From a virus (lineage: Duplodnaviria; Caudoviricetes), in IMG/VR virus record IMGVR_UViG_3300036713_000269, positions 1 through 44,996 of that record: 44,996 nucleotides of DNA. One strand, given 5' to 3'. Positions 44,431-44,996 of the stretch are shown here, piece by piece. The position numbers and the translations under genes are program-made. How positions within the stretch are numbered: the stretch's first letter is position 1; each line of letters starts with the position of its first letter. Below the pieces are notes generated by a model. That model saw only the letters and a program-made list of their open reading frames with translations. It ran no database searches and was not told the origin of the DNA.

Positions 44431-44895
44431 ATGCACTACCACGCCGAATGCTGGTTCCCGTTCGACCCGACCGACGACCTGGAGGAGGCCGTCCACGCTC
44501 TCATGCGGCCGTTCGACGAGAACGGCCCCGAGGCCCAAGCTCGCATCTGGGACTGGTACCAGATCGGTGGCCGCTGGAGAGGTCACCACGACCCCTCGTA
44601 CGACATCAACTCCGACCCGACGTGCAGCGGTGTCTGGCCCACCCAGTTCAAGCTACACGAGGCGGACTGCATGCGTGTCATCGAATGCCCCGACGACCTC
44701 ACCGCCCACACCCTGTTCATCTACGACGACGGGGAGTGGAACGACCACACGGCCTACCAGAAGCAGGTCTGGGACGGCGCCTCGGAGCAGTTCCTCGACG
44801 GCCCGTTCGACGGGAACGTTCAGAACAAGCTCGAAGAGCTGGGCCTGGAGCCCGAGTGCGACGGCTGGCTCGTCACCGTGGACTACCACTCATGA
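44431..44895 (+). CDS. Accessory protein (WDWYQIGGRW..VDYHS), absent from the left copy
   Basis: SD AGGAGG; WDWY.IGGRW and C-terminal VDYH motif typical of a phage family I recall. Confidence 0.8.
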   Translation: MHYHAECWFPFDPTDDLEEAVHALMRPFDENGPEAQARIWDWYQIGGRWRGHHDPSYDINSDPTCSGVWPTQFKLHEADCMRVIECPDDLTAHTLFIYDDGEWNDHTAYQKQVWDGASEQFLDGPFDGNVQNKLEELGLEPECDGWLVTVDYHS

Positions 44896-44996
44896 GACCC
44901 TACATCTGGGTCATCACCCGCGACTTCATCAACGACGGCGCCGGGAACATCGGAGTCATGGGGCCTGCCGACGGCGACCGCACCATGATGGATCAC
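44892..44996 (+). CDS. 5' part of allele of 580-879
   Basis: ATGA coupling; identical to 589-687 from 44898. Confidence 0.8.
   Translation, partial: MRPYIWVITRDFINDGAGNIGVMGPADGDRTMMDH

Noticed and set aside
1-44996. Alternative genetic code, tRNAs, integrase or prophage boundaries
   Set aside because: Core genes are intact under code 11 with all three stops used; no cloverleaf, recombinase or host gene was recognised by eye (tRNAscan and HMM searches not run).

Overview
This window is an essentially complete ~44.3 kb, high-GC tailed-phage genome with podovirus-type architecture. Gene order is: small accessory genes (1-3.6 kb), a palindrome-rich intergenic region (3.7-4.0 kb), an HTH protein and Gly/Pro/Gln-rich proteins, TerS/TerL, P22-like portal, scaffold, N4-gp56-like major capsid, adaptor and nozzle, three ejection-type proteins (the last is 2332 aa with an N-terminal thermonuclease), small beta-rich and LamG virion proteins, holin-like gene, M15 endolysin and permuted NlpC/P60. 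A minus-strand block (small Cys-rich paralogs, SNF2 helicase, Cro-like HTH) is followed by a divergent promoter, a replication module (SSB-like, UvrD, VRR-NUC, RepB-like primase), an iteron origin and more small accessory genes. I recognised no integrase, DNA or RNA polymerase, reverse transcriptase, tRNA or CRISPR array. The last 99 bp equal 589-687 exactly, and 1-588 is a diverged allele of 43644-44897 lacking two whole genes at shared junction sequences. The most unusual items are a Tat-like peptide fused to a copy of the phage's own capsid spine helix, junction-homology gene cassettes, promoter-ORF-terminator mini-cassettes, a repeat-flanked nuclease domain in the giant ejection protein, and tandem pseudoknots upstream of the capsid gene. 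All product calls come from motif recognition and synteny; no searches were run.
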